Source: an uncultured delta proteobacterium (GTDB lineage Bacteria > Desulfobacterota > Desulfobulbia > Desulfobulbales > BM004). From it: a stretch of DNA of 64,000 nt. Position numbers and translations under genes: made by a program. Positions 39,214-48,695 of this stretch are shown in pieces (within the stretch, counting starts at the first letter, position 1; each line of letters opens with the position of its first letter). Below the pieces are notes generated by a model. That model was given only the letters and a program-made list of their open reading frames with translations. It was not told the origin of the DNA and did not search any database. Where the stretch lies: assembly GCA_963783905.1 (NCBI GenBank), contig CAWAPG010000006.1, positions 23,771 through 87,770 of the forward strand, in the 5' to 3' direction.

Positions 39214-41598
39214 ATGGCTGATGATAAAACAGAAAAAACAACGGCCAAACCGGCCAATGTCAACCCGGTTGAACTGCCGATACCCGAAGAGCTGCCGGTT
39301 CTGCCGCTGAATGATTTTGTCTTTTTCCCGGGCATGGGTTTTCCACTCCAGATTTCCAACGAACATTCCAAGCAGCTGATTGACGACGCCCTGCTGCAGG
39401 ACCGGCTGATAGCCGTGGTTTCCCATAAAAAGACAGAGGAAAGGGAACCATCCAGGGAACCTGCCGAACACCTCTATTCCATTGGGGTGGCATGCTATAT
39501 TCACAAACTTATCAAATCCCCTGAAAACGTTTACCAGGTGGTTATGAGTGCGGTCAAAAAGATCAGGATCCTGGAATATACCTCAAAGGACCCGTACCTG
39601 AAGGCCAGGGTCGAGGTTATTGAAATGCAGGTGATAGAGGACAAGGAGGTTGAAGCCCATATCCTCAACCTGCGGACGCAGTTCAAAAAACTGGTGACGC
39701 TGTCGCAGCTGCCGCCGGAACTCTACATGACGGTCATGTCCATAACCGATCCATTTCACATCGCCTATCTCATTGGTTCCCAGCTGAATCTCTCGGTGGA
39801 TGAAGAGCAGGCAATTCTTGAGATCGATGAACTCAAGTCCATGCTGCGCAAGGTGGCGGCGGAACTTGCCAAACGCCTGGAAACGGTCGAGATGAGCAAC
39901 AAGATCCAGAAGGCGGTCAAGGAGGATATGGATGAAAAACAGCGCGAATTTTTTCTGCGCCAGCAGTTGAAGGCCATCCGCAAGGAACTGGGCGAGGATC
40001 AAGAGCATGTTGATATCAATGACCTGAAAGAGCGGGTTGCCAAGGCAAAACTGGGGGAGGAACCCCGGAAGGCGGCGGAAAAGGAGCTGGACCGGCTTGC
40101 GAAGATTTCCCCGTCTTCACCCGAATACACCGTATCCCGGACGTATCTGGAATGGATCCTGGACCTGCCGTGGGAAATATCCACCAAAGATTCCCTGGAC
40201 GTTGAAGAGGCCCAGCGCATCCTTGACCAGGATCATTACGGCCTGGAGAAGATCAAGAAGCGGATAATCGAGTTTCTCGCCGTACGCAAACTAAAAAATG
40301 ACATGCATGGCCCCATTCTCTGTTTTGTCGGACCGCCGGGTGTTGGGAAAACTTCCCTGGGCCAGTCAATCGCCCGTTCCATGGGACGGAAATTCGTCCG
40401 CATCTCGCTTGGCGGCGTCCGGGACGAGGCCGAAATCAGGGGGCATCGGAGAACCTATATCGGGGCCCTGCCAGGCCGGATTATTCAGAGCCTGCGCAAG
40501 GCCGGTTCCAACAATCCCCTTTTTATGCTGGATGAGATAGACAAACTGGGGATGGACTTCAGGGGCGATCCCTCTTCCGCCCTGCTGGAAGTACTTGATC
40601 CGGAGCAGAATTATTCCTTTGCCGATCATTATCTGGAAATCCCCTTTGATCTCTCAAAGATAATGTTCATCACCACGGCGAATATACTCGACACCATCCC
40701 CGGACCGCTGCGCGACCGGATGGAAGTAATTGAACTGCCGGGCTATACCGAAGACGAGAAGGTGATGATTGCCAAGGATCATTTGCTGGAAAAACAGCTC
40801 GAGGCCCACGGCCTGACCTCCGACGACCTTGAACTGACGGAACCCGCCATCCACGCCGTTATCCGTTCCTATACCCGGGAGGCGGGCGTCCGCAATATTG
40901 AAAGGGAGCTGGCTGCAATCTGCCGCGGCGTGGCCAAGGATATCGTTTCCGGGCAAACCGGCAAGACCGTGGTTGACGCCAAGGATCTGCACAAATACCT
41001 CGGCCCCATCCGCTTTTTCCCCGAGATCCTGGCCCGAACCTGGGGGCCCGGACTGGCGACCGGGTTGGCCTGGACCCCGGTGGGCGGCGACATCCTCTTT
41101 ATCGAATCGGCGAAAATGCCGGGCAAAGGAGGGTTGACTCTTACCGGCAAGCTGGGGGACGTGATGAAGGAATCAGCCACCGCGGCAATGACTTACCTCC
41201 GGTCCAAGGCTTCCAGGTTTAAAATCAAAGATTCCGTCTTTTCTGAAACAGATACCCATATCCATGTTCCGGAGGGTGCCATTGCCAAGGATGGACCTTC
41301 GGCAGGGGTGGCCATGGTGGTTTCGCTCGCTTCGCTTTTTACCGGCCGTACGGTGCACAAGCATTTAGCCATGACCGGTGAAATCACCCTGCGGGGGGAT
41401 GTTCTGCCGGTCGGCGGCATCAAGGAGAAGGTGATCGCCGCGGTGCGGGCCGGTATAACCGATATTATCCTGCCGCATCTTAATGAAAAGGATGTTATTG
41501 AACTTCCGGACAATGTGAAAGAGGGGATCAATTTTCACCTGGTGCAGGGAATCGATGAGGCACTGGAGGTGGCTTTGGAGAAAAAAAAGAAAGCGTGA
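39214..41598 (+). CDS. lon: ATP-dependent Lon protease
   Basis: LON N-domain. Walker A GPPGVGKTS. Protease motif PKDGPSAGVAM. Confidence 0.95.
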   Translation: MADDKTEKTTAKPANVNPVELPIPEELPVLPLNDFVFFPGMGFPLQISNEHSKQLIDDALLQDRLIAVVSHKKTEEREPSREPAEHLYSIGVACYIHKLIKSPENVYQVVMSAVKKIRILEYTSKDPYLKARVEVIEMQVIEDKEVEAHILNLRTQFKKLVTLSQLPPELYMTVMSITDPFHIAYLIGSQLNLSVDEEQAILEIDELKSMLRKVAAELAKRLETVEMSNKIQKAVKEDMDEKQREFFLRQQLKAIRKELGEDQEHVDINDLKERVAKAKLGEEPRKAAEKELDRLAKISPSSPEYTVSRTYLEWILDLPWEISTKDSLDVEEAQRILDQDHYGLEKIKKRIIEFLAVRKLKNDMHGPILCFVGPPGVGKTSLGQSIARSMGRKFVRISLGGVRDEAEIRGHRRTYIGALPGRIIQSLRKAGSNNPLFMLDEIDKLGMDFRGDPSSALLEVLDPEQNYSFADHYLEIPFDLSKIMFITTANILDTIPGPLRDRMEVIELPGYTEDEKVMIAKDHLLEKQLEAHGLTSDDLELTEPAIHAVIRSYTREAGVRNIERELAAICRGVAKDIVSGQTGKTVVDAKDLHKYLGPIRFFPEILARTWGPGLATGLAWTPVGGDILFIESAKMPGKGGLTLTGKLGDVMKESATAAMTYLRSKASRFKIKDSVFSETDTHIHVPEGAIAKDGPSAGVAMVVSLASLFTGRTVHKHLAMTGEITLRGDVLPVGGIKEKVIAAVRAGITDIILPHLNEKDVIELPDNVKEGINFHLVQGIDEALEVALEKKKKA

Positions 41599-41794
41599 AC
41601 GATGGTTGTCCGCTATTTGGTTCATTCGTGAAAAAGTTGAAAGTGGCAATTAAAAAGGGAAAACTTAATAAATAGCAGAGTCATTCCCGCGCAGACGGAG
41701 GTCAATCATCAGCAGCCTTGTATGCTGATAATCCAGGTCAAATGCAACATCATGAAAAGACTGGATTGCCATTTTCTCATGAATGACAAAACCC

Positions 41795-42727
41795 TTATTG
41801 TTCGTGGGCGGCGCAGCCATCGGCCTTGATGCTCCGGGCGTTGACAGGTGTGTCTCCGGAACGTGAGATATAGTTTTTTAATACCAGGTGATGCGGGTAG
41901 TAGCTTTCCTTTGCCTGCCGCATGCCAGGGATGCCCAGATCCTGTTCCCGGTTGACGTATTCAAAACCTGAAAGCCCATACCTCGCAAACCAGTGATTTA
42001 TGAGCTGGCCGAGGCCCGGTATATCGTTCATGGCCTTTTCAAAATGCCAGACGGAGGTGCCGGGGTGCAGTTTTTCTGCAATGGCAAAGGCCTGGATTTT
42101 GCCGTCGACCCGCACCGCACCGCCAAGAAGTTCCAATTCATTAAAATGGGCAAAGATTTCGGCAATGGCATTGGCTTCATTGCATAACCCGGGGTTACGG
42201 TCGCAATCCCGGCTGTCGCACCAGTGTTCCTGCATGGTTTCACATTCGGCAACGAGTTCCGGGGTCATGGGCACGTATTCACAGGTATGGCTGCTGAGAC
42301 ACCGTTTAATATGGTTGCGCTTTTTGGCGTACCGTCGTCCGGCTAGTTCAGCCAGGTCTTTTACCCGGTAGACATAATCAGCATTGTCACGGTCGGGAAT
42401 TATGGCAAAATCCTGCGCGGCGAGATTCTCTGCATTCGTATCGGGAATGCGGACAGCCCCGATAATGCCGGGGTCGAATGCGGAGAAAACATCCGGAATG
42501 CTGATTTTGCCCAGCGGCGGTCCGAAGAGAATGTACGTGCCTTGCGTTCGGGCGGCCTTTACCAGAAAAACCAGCGAGTTGTCGATTTCGGCAAGAAAGA
42601 CCGGCCTGGAAGGCTGCCAGATAAACAGGTTGGTAAAGGTATGCTCCGAGATCTCAGGCGGATAACCTCGCAGATATTCGGAAACCAGGCTGCGGTCTGC
42701 CAGGGTCAAAGGTCGGATGTCAGGCAT
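41795..42727 (-). CDS. DUF2156-like protein (MprF C-terminal, GNAT-fold-like domain)
   Basis: 310 aa. N-terminal LTLADRSLVSEYLRGYPPEISEHTFTNLFIWQ resembles the DUF2156 family. Assignment is from memory only. Confidence 0.5.
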   Translation of the reverse strand: MPDIRPLTLADRSLVSEYLRGYPPEISEHTFTNLFIWQPSRPVFLAEIDNSLVFLVKAARTQGTYILFGPPLGKISIPDVFSAFDPGIIGAVRIPDTNAENLAAQDFAIIPDRDNADYVYRVKDLAELAGRRYAKKRNHIKRCLSSHTCEYVPMTPELVAECETMQEHWCDSRDCDRNPGLCNEANAIAEIFAHFNELELLGGAVRVDGKIQAFAIAEKLHPGTSVWHFEKAMNDIPGLGQLINHWFARYGLSGFEYVNREQDLGIPGMRQAKESYYPHHLVLKNYISRSGDTPVNARSIKADGCAAHEQ

Positions 42728-43087
42728 AATGGTATGTGTCTGTGTTCAAGGGAAAAAATAAATATGAGGCCGGCAGCCATGATAAATTGGTATAAAAATA
42801 ATACTTTCTCCATAATACATCCAGCCGCAATCCGGTAGTTTTAATTCTGCAACGAATGTATTACTATGACATATTTTTATACTTGTCCCCAATCCGTGCC
42901 GAAAAATTGCCGGCAGCCGGTTGAAATCGACGTTTTGCAGTGGTACTGCAGAAAAGATCATTGCCAGGGCAGTAAAGCCGGGTTGCGGATTAAGGATTAT
43001 TGGGACGAAATGCCGGGATACTTCCGGAGATATTGGAGAAACGTTTTTGAGCTGCAGAGCGGCTGCAGCCGTTCAGTCTGAAAGGCA

Positions 43088-44824
43088 ATGAAGGTTATTT
43101 TAGCAAAAAGCGCCGGTTTCTGCATGGGCGTCAGGAGGGCGGTGGAAACGACCCTCGATGTCATCCAGAAAGAGGATACCGGGGTATCCACCTTTGGCCC
43201 TTTGATCCATAATCCCCAGGTTCTCAATCTGCTGGAGGAGCGGGGCGTAAAGGTACTGAAGGATATCCCGGCAAAGGAGTCCGGCACGGTTATTATCCGG
43301 GCCCACGGCGTGCCGCCGGCACACAAAGAAAGGCTCCGGATGGCCGGCGCCACGGTGAAGGATGCCACCTGTCCCCATGTGGTGAAGGTTCAGGTTATTA
43401 TCAGGAAATATCTGAAACAGGGATATGGAACGGTAATAATCGGCGACCGCAATCATGCGGAAGTTGAAGGGCTGATGGGTTTTGCCGGCAGTCGGGGCCG
43501 GGTTGTAAGCTCCCGGGAGGATGTCAAAAACCTTGATCTCCAACCACCCTATATAATCGTCAGCCAGACAACCCAGGATGAAACAATTTTTGCAGAGCTG
43601 AGCCGTATAATCCTGGAGCGGTTTCCCGGGGGCAGGGTTTTTAATACCATTTGCGATGCCACCCATAAACGCCAGGAAGAGGTAAGGACTCTCTGTAATG
43701 ATATAGAGGCCATGGTCGTGGTCGGCGGTAAAAACAGCGCCAATACGAAGAGGCTGGCCGAGATTGCCGAAGGCATGGGCTGTCCCGTGTTTCTGGTTGA
43801 AACCGAAGAGGAACTGGACCTTGACGGCCTGGCAAAATATGAATGTGTCGGGGTGACTGCCGGGGCATCAACCCCGACCTGGATGATCAGCAGGGTTGTA
43901 AGGATACTGGAGGCCATGCCCGGCAAGGGTGAGAACAGAACGAAACAGTTCGGCAGCAAACTGCTCTGGCTGATTCTGGCGACCAATATTTATGTGAGTA
44001 TTGCCGGCGGCGCTCTTGCCTACTCCGCGCAAGTACTGCAGAACAGGAGACCCGAAGCAGTTTTTTTTCTGGTAAGTTTTCTGTATCTGTTTGCCATGCA
44101 TAATCTCAACCGCTTCGGGGATAGAAAATTACAAAAATTTAATGACCCGCTGCGGGCCCTTTTTTATGAAAAATACCACTGGCCGCTCCTGGTTGTTTCC
44201 GCCCTGTCGCTGGCTCTTGCCCTGGTCCTGGTGGTCGAACACGGCCTGAAGCCGTTCCTGCTCCTGGCGGGCATGAGTATTTTCGGCATTTTCTATTCGG
44301 TGCGGGTTATCCCAAGATCGCTGGTCGCTGATATCAGGGTGCGGGGCCTGAAAGAGATCCCCGGCTCCAAGACCTTCCTGGTGGCTGTGGCCTGGGCTTT
44401 TGTCACAACCCTGATTCCGGCCTGGGGCAACTCCCGCAGCCCGGACCTGATGACCCTGACGGTTCTGTTTTTTGTCCTCCTCCTGGTTTTTGTCAGAAGT
44501 GCCCTGTTTGATGTTTTTGAAGTCCAGGGAGACAGGATTGTCGGCAAGGAAACGCTGCCTGTCTGCATCGGAGAAAAGAAAACGCTCTTTATTCTGCACC
44601 TTCTGATGGGAGTGCTGGTGGTCATGCTGATTGTCATGCCCCTGTTTAACCTCATGTCAGGGGTGGGATTCTGGCTGCTGCCGGGAATATTCTATATTTT
44701 CGGTTTAACCCGGCTGTACTCCAGCGGTCGAATAAGTCGGGGGGCCAGGCTGGAATTTTACCTGGAATCGGTTTTTTACCTGCTTGCCGGTCTCAGCTGG
44801 CTGGGGTTGTTCTTCAGACCGTAA
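43088..44824 (+). CDS. ispH: 4-hydroxy-3-methylbut-2-enyl diphosphate reductase fused to a UbiA-type polyprenyltransferase membrane domain
   Basis: Residues 1-~283 are IspH/LytB (KSAGFCMGVRRAV, ATCPHV, NTICDAT). Residues ~295-578 have 7-8 TM helices with HNLNRFGDRKLQKFNDPLR and FDVFEVQGDRIVGKETLPV, which match the UbiA Asp-rich motifs. One uninterrupted ORF. Confidence 0.8.
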   Translation: MKVILAKSAGFCMGVRRAVETTLDVIQKEDTGVSTFGPLIHNPQVLNLLEERGVKVLKDIPAKESGTVIIRAHGVPPAHKERLRMAGATVKDATCPHVVKVQVIIRKYLKQGYGTVIIGDRNHAEVEGLMGFAGSRGRVVSSREDVKNLDLQPPYIIVSQTTQDETIFAELSRIILERFPGGRVFNTICDATHKRQEEVRTLCNDIEAMVVVGGKNSANTKRLAEIAEGMGCPVFLVETEEELDLDGLAKYECVGVTAGASTPTWMISRVVRILEAMPGKGENRTKQFGSKLLWLILATNIYVSIAGGALAYSAQVLQNRRPEAVFFLVSFLYLFAMHNLNRFGDRKLQKFNDPLRALFYEKYHWPLLVVSALSLALALVLVVEHGLKPFLLLAGMSIFGIFYSVRVIPRSLVADIRVRGLKEIPGSKTFLVAVAWAFVTTLIPAWGNSRSPDLMTLTVLFFVLLLVFVRSALFDVFEVQGDRIVGKETLPVCIGEKKTLFILHLLMGVLVVMLIVMPLFNLMSGVGFWLLPGIFYIFGLTRLYSSGRISRGARLEFYLESVFYLLAGLSWLGLFFRP

Positions 44825-45034
44825 CCGGCAGAGATTGTAAACAGGTTGAGGTCCGGGTTTGCAAATGATACTGTAATCGGCATTCGATTTGTGTTGCTTT
44901 AACGGCGCCGACCTCTACCCTGGCCGGTCATACTCCATTGCCGCCTCGACTCAAGATGGAGAAAGGAGGCGCCGGCATCATCATGAATGTCCGCAATTAG
45001 CGGAAATCGGACATAACTTTACTTGGAGAAACCG

Positions 45035-46174
45035 ATGTTGGGATGGTTTAAAAAGAAACAGGACACCGAGCAGGAAGATGGGCCCGAATCTGCCGGGGTC
45101 CTGTCGGAAGAGAATCAGGACGGGGAAGAGGCCGCGGCGCCACGTATTTCCGGCGATCATGAAGGTCCGGGCGAACCGCTGAACGATGCGGCTCAACCTT
45201 CTGGAGAGGACCAGCAGCAGGAGAGCCGGAAGGGGTTGTTCCAGCGGTTGCAGGAGAGGCTGGCCAAGACGCGCGATACCCTGGTCAACAGGGTTGATGA
45301 CTTGTTCCTTGGCAAAAAGGAAATTGATGCCGAACTTCTGGATGATCTGGAGGAAATTTTAATTACCGCAGATCTCGGAGTCAATACCACCCTGGATCTT
45401 CTGGAGGAAATACGCAGCAAGGTGTCGCGGCAGGAACTCAAGGATCCCCAGGCTTTGAAACTTGCCCTGAAAGAAAGAATTCTTACCTTTTTTGCGGACG
45501 ATGAAACAGCGGCGATGCAGATTCCCGCCTCCGGTCCCTTTGTCATGATGGTGGTGGGGGTCAACGGGGTCGGCAAGACGACCACCATCGGCAAGATAGC
45601 CTACAAGTTCGCCCGTTCCGGCCACAGGGTCCTGCTGGTGGCGGCGGATACTTTCCGGGCGGCAGCCATCGAGCAGCTGAAGGTATGGGGGGATCGCGTC
45701 GGAGCGGAGGTGATTGCCAAAGAGCAGGGCGTGGATCCTTCCGCGGTTATCTATGACGGCCTGGATTATGCTTTTTCCGGGAATTTTGATGTCATAATCA
45801 TTGACACCGCCGGCCGGCTCCATACCAAGGTGAACCTGATGGAAGAGCTGAAAAAGATCAAGCGGGTAATTAACAAGAAGATCGAGGGCGCTCCCCATGA
45901 AATTATGCTTATCCTCGATGCCACCACTGGCCAGAACAGTATTTCCCAGGCCAAGCTTTTCAACGAGGCGGTTGGTCTCACCGGTCTGACCCTGACAAAA
46001 CTGGATGGTACTGCCAAGGGAGGCATCGTGGTTAATATTTCCCATGATTTTAACATCCCGATCAGATATATCGGCATTGGCGAAAAAATCGAGGACCTGC
46101 GCGACTTCGATCCCCGGGAATTTATCGATGCCCTTTTTGTCGATGATTCCCGGCAGATTACCCCGACACGATAG
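45035..46174 (+). CDS. ftsY: Signal recognition particle receptor FtsY
   Basis: Acidic N-terminal domain, then NG domain GVNGVGKTTTIGK, DTAGR and TKLDGTAKGG. ATG 45035 has GGAGA 6 nt upstream. The track start at 45023 is TTG. Confidence 0.9.
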   Translation: MLGWFKKKQDTEQEDGPESAGVLSEENQDGEEAAAPRISGDHEGPGEPLNDAAQPSGEDQQQESRKGLFQRLQERLAKTRDTLVNRVDDLFLGKKEIDAELLDDLEEILITADLGVNTTLDLLEEIRSKVSRQELKDPQALKLALKERILTFFADDETAAMQIPASGPFVMMVVGVNGVGKTTTIGKIAYKFARSGHRVLLVAADTFRAAAIEQLKVWGDRVGAEVIAKEQGVDPSAVIYDGLDYAFSGNFDVIIIDTAGRLHTKVNLMEELKKIKRVINKKIEGAPHEIMLILDATTGQNSISQAKLFNEAVGLTGLTLTKLDGTAKGGIVVNISHDFNIPIRYIGIGEKIEDLRDFDPREFIDALFVDDSRQITPTR

Positions 46175-46321
46175 GCTCATGGATTTGCCAATGAAATATT
46201 ACCTTAGGCTAAGGCTCTCCGGTACGGAAAATTCCTTGAAACCAGTTGACTTTACCGTGGTTACCGACGCACTGCCGAAAAAACAAACAGAAAAACTCTC
46301 AGCATAAAAGGTAGATATAGG

Positions 46322-47158
46322 ATGCAATACAGACGACATGAACAGCCGGGCTGCGGGGGCTGCCTTCTTATCCTGATTCTGCTGACCCTGATCTCAGGCG
46401 GCTTTCCCCTGTTGTTTGAGTTTCTCGGCATGCTGGTTTTTATCCTGCTCTTTCTGTTGCTCAGCGGCATTGGGGCCTTCTTGGCCTTTACCTATTATGT
46501 CAGGCGGCAGATCAGTGCCTATGAGAAATCCCAGACCGAAACCCATAACACCTTTGTCCATCTGCTGGTCAACATCCTGGTCAAGATAGCCCAGGCGGAC
46601 GGCAGGGTGACCCGGGATGAAGTCAAAACAATCCGGCATTTTTTCCAGTACAACCTGCGTTATTCGCAGAATCAGCTTTTCTGGATAAAAGAACTTATCA
46701 AGGAAGCCATGGATTCCACGGCCAGTCTTGATTCCCTGCTGCAGGAATTCAGGGAGAAATTCGCCTATGAACCCAGGCTGATACTGCTGGAGCTCATCTA
46801 CCAGGTGCTCTACACCAATGAAACGGTATCGCGCCAGGATCTGCAGCTGGCGGAAAATATCGGCAATTATTTAAACATTTCCGCCTATGATCAACGGTCC
46901 ATTGCGGCAAAATACAGAACCGGGTTCAGGACCGCCGCCCGGACGGAAGAATTTACCGAGGAGAAATATTTTGCCATTCTCGGCCTGGCGCCTGGCGCCG
47001 ACTTTGCTGAAATCAAGGCGGCCTACCGCAAGCTGAGCATGCAGTATCATCCGGACAAGGTTGAACATCTCGGTGAGGAATTTAAAAAAGTTGCTGAAGA
47101 AAAAATGAAAGAGATCAATAATGCCTATGCCTTTCTGAAGGGAAAATACGGGCAATAA
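46322..47158 (+). CDS. djlA: DjlA-like co-chaperone (TM segment + TerB-like domain + C-terminal J domain)
   Basis: Two N-terminal TM helices. TerB-like LVKIAQADGRVTRDEVKTIRHFF. J domain YFAILGLAPGADFAEIKAAYRKLSMQYHPDKV. Confidence 0.7.
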   Translation: MQYRRHEQPGCGGCLLILILLTLISGGFPLLFEFLGMLVFILLFLLLSGIGAFLAFTYYVRRQISAYEKSQTETHNTFVHLLVNILVKIAQADGRVTRDEVKTIRHFFQYNLRYSQNQLFWIKELIKEAMDSTASLDSLLQEFREKFAYEPRLILLELIYQVLYTNETVSRQDLQLAENIGNYLNISAYDQRSIAAKYRTGFRTAARTEEFTEEKYFAILGLAPGADFAEIKAAYRKLSMQYHPDKVEHLGEEFKKVAEEKMKEINNAYAFLKGKYGQ

Positions 47159-47260
47159 TATAATAAAAATGCAGCTGCAGTTGGAAATGAACGGCAATCC
47201 GGACCATAATATTTTATCACGTAATTGAATATTCCGGGAAAGATGATTTCCTTCGCTGGT

Positions 47261-47379
47261 GAACAATTTACTGAATTCTACGATTCGCTCCGCTGAATTA
47301 CAAAACTCGCCGCCTGCAACGGCTCAGACATGCTGTAATTCTGCACTCCGCGAACCTTTGAATTCTGACTAAATTGTTC
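47261..47379. repeat. 119-nt element bounded by inverted repeats and containing 3 short direct repeats
   Basis: GAACAATTTACTGAATTC (47261-47278) versus GAATTCTGACTAAATTGTTC (47360-47379); 15 positions are complementary. Internal copies of TGWAATTM...CTCSCCGC start at 47272, 47294 and 47333. Confidence 0.45.
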
Positions 47380-47509
47380 AAATGCTCCTCAATCATCTTC
47401 CCGCCCGTGTTTGACGACCCGATATTGAACTGATAAAGGCAAGGTATAATTGAAATAAAAAAATAAGTTACCGGATTGGAAATAAACCTGAAATTATTGG
47501 AGGGAGAAA

Positions 47510-48691
47510 ATGGCCATTTCAACAAAAATGAATGAGTTTGCCAGGAGTGCTTCCTGGATCCGCAAGATGTTTGAAGAGGGTGCCCGGTTGAAGGCGGAAT
47601 TCGGCGCCTCCAATGTTTTTGACTTCAGCCTCGGCAACCCGGATCTGCCCCCGCCGCCGGAGTTTCAGCAGACCTTGCTGCAGCTGGCCCAACAGGACAG
47701 CCCCGGCTCCCATGCCTACATGCCCAACGGCGGCTACCCCTTTGTCCGGGAGGCGGTGGCGGCCCGCATTTCAAGCGAGCAGGGCGTGACCCTTACGGCC
47801 AATGAAGTGCTGATGACCTGCGGTGCCGCCGGCGGGCTCAACGTCACCCTGAAGGCCCTGCTTGATCCGGGTGATGAGGTAATTATCCTGGCGCCGTTTT
47901 TTGTCGAGTATAAATTCTATGTTGACAACCACGGGGGAATAAGCAGGGTTGTCAACACCGACGGAGACTTTGATCTGGATCTCGATGCAATTGCGGCCGC
48001 GGTTAACAATAAAACCAAGGCAATAATCATCAACAGCCCCAATAACCCGACGGGGCAGATCTATTCGCAGGAATCCCTGGCGAAACTGGCCGGGGTCATG
48101 GAAGATGCGGCCCGGAAATATGCGGGGCCGATCTTTCTCATCGCCGATGAACCCTACAGAAAAATAGTGTTTGATAATAATATAGTGCCGAGCATCATGC
48201 AGGCCTATGAAAACAGCATTGTGGTTTCCTCCTATTCAAAGGACCTGTCGCTGCCGGGTGAAAGAATCGGCTATATAGCCGTGCATCCGCAAATTGCCGA
48301 AAAAATTCCCCTGATCGATGCCATGACCCTGGCCAACCGCATTCTGGGGTTTGTCAATGCCCCGGCCCTGATGCAGCGGGTTGTGGCCCAACTGCAGGGA
48401 GCCACCGTTGATAACAGCATTTACACGAGACGGCGGGAAAAATTCTGTAAAATTCTTGCCGATGCAGGCTATACATTCATGCCGCCCAAAGGGGCCTTCT
48501 ACGTCTTCCCCCAATCTCCCATAGCTGATGATGCGGAGTTTGTCGGCCGGCTCCAGGAGCAGAAGATCCTGGCCGTGCCCGGCAGAGGTTTCGGAACCCC
48601 GGGCTACTTCAGGCTGGCTTTCTGCGTTGATGATGGGGTTATCGAACGGTCGGCGGAGGCTTTTCAGAAGGCGATGAACGGCGGCGGATAA
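47510..48691 (+). CDS. Class I/II PLP-dependent aminotransferase (aspartate/alanine aminotransferase-like)
   Basis: NPDLPPP, NSPNNPTG, and SYSKDLSLPGERIGY (PLP lysine). Confidence 0.85.
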   Translation: MAISTKMNEFARSASWIRKMFEEGARLKAEFGASNVFDFSLGNPDLPPPPEFQQTLLQLAQQDSPGSHAYMPNGGYPFVREAVAARISSEQGVTLTANEVLMTCGAAGGLNVTLKALLDPGDEVIILAPFFVEYKFYVDNHGGISRVVNTDGDFDLDLDAIAAAVNNKTKAIIINSPNNPTGQIYSQESLAKLAGVMEDAARKYAGPIFLIADEPYRKIVFDNNIVPSIMQAYENSIVVSSYSKDLSLPGERIGYIAVHPQIAEKIPLIDAMTLANRILGFVNAPALMQRVVAQLQGATVDNSIYTRRREKFCKILADAGYTFMPPKGAFYVFPQSPIADDAEFVGRLQEQKILAVPGRGFGTPGYFRLAFCVDDGVIERSAEAFQKAMNGGG

Positions 48692-48695
48692 GGCT

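Noticed and set aside
41668-41777. Long-range pairing GTCATTC...GAATGAC enclosing two hairpins between lon and the DUF2156-like gene
   Set aside because: The stems are short (6-7 bp) and lie in a convergent spacer where terminator-like hairpins are expected. There is no repeat copy elsewhere in the window.
42866-43081. 71-aa Cys-containing ORF immediately upstream of ispH
   Set aside because: There is no RBS and the composition is odd (W/Y/C/R-rich). It overlaps a GCTGCAG-N5-CTGCAGC hairpin that is more plausibly a regulatory structure. Without conservation data it is not supportable as a gene.
44903-44985. Nested hairpin (CGGCGCC...GGCGCCG with inner CTCCAT/ATGGAG) and 5-codon mini-ORF upstream of ftsY
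   Set aside because: The structure is modest and I found no second copy or known motif. It could be a 5'-UTR element, but the evidence is too thin to call.
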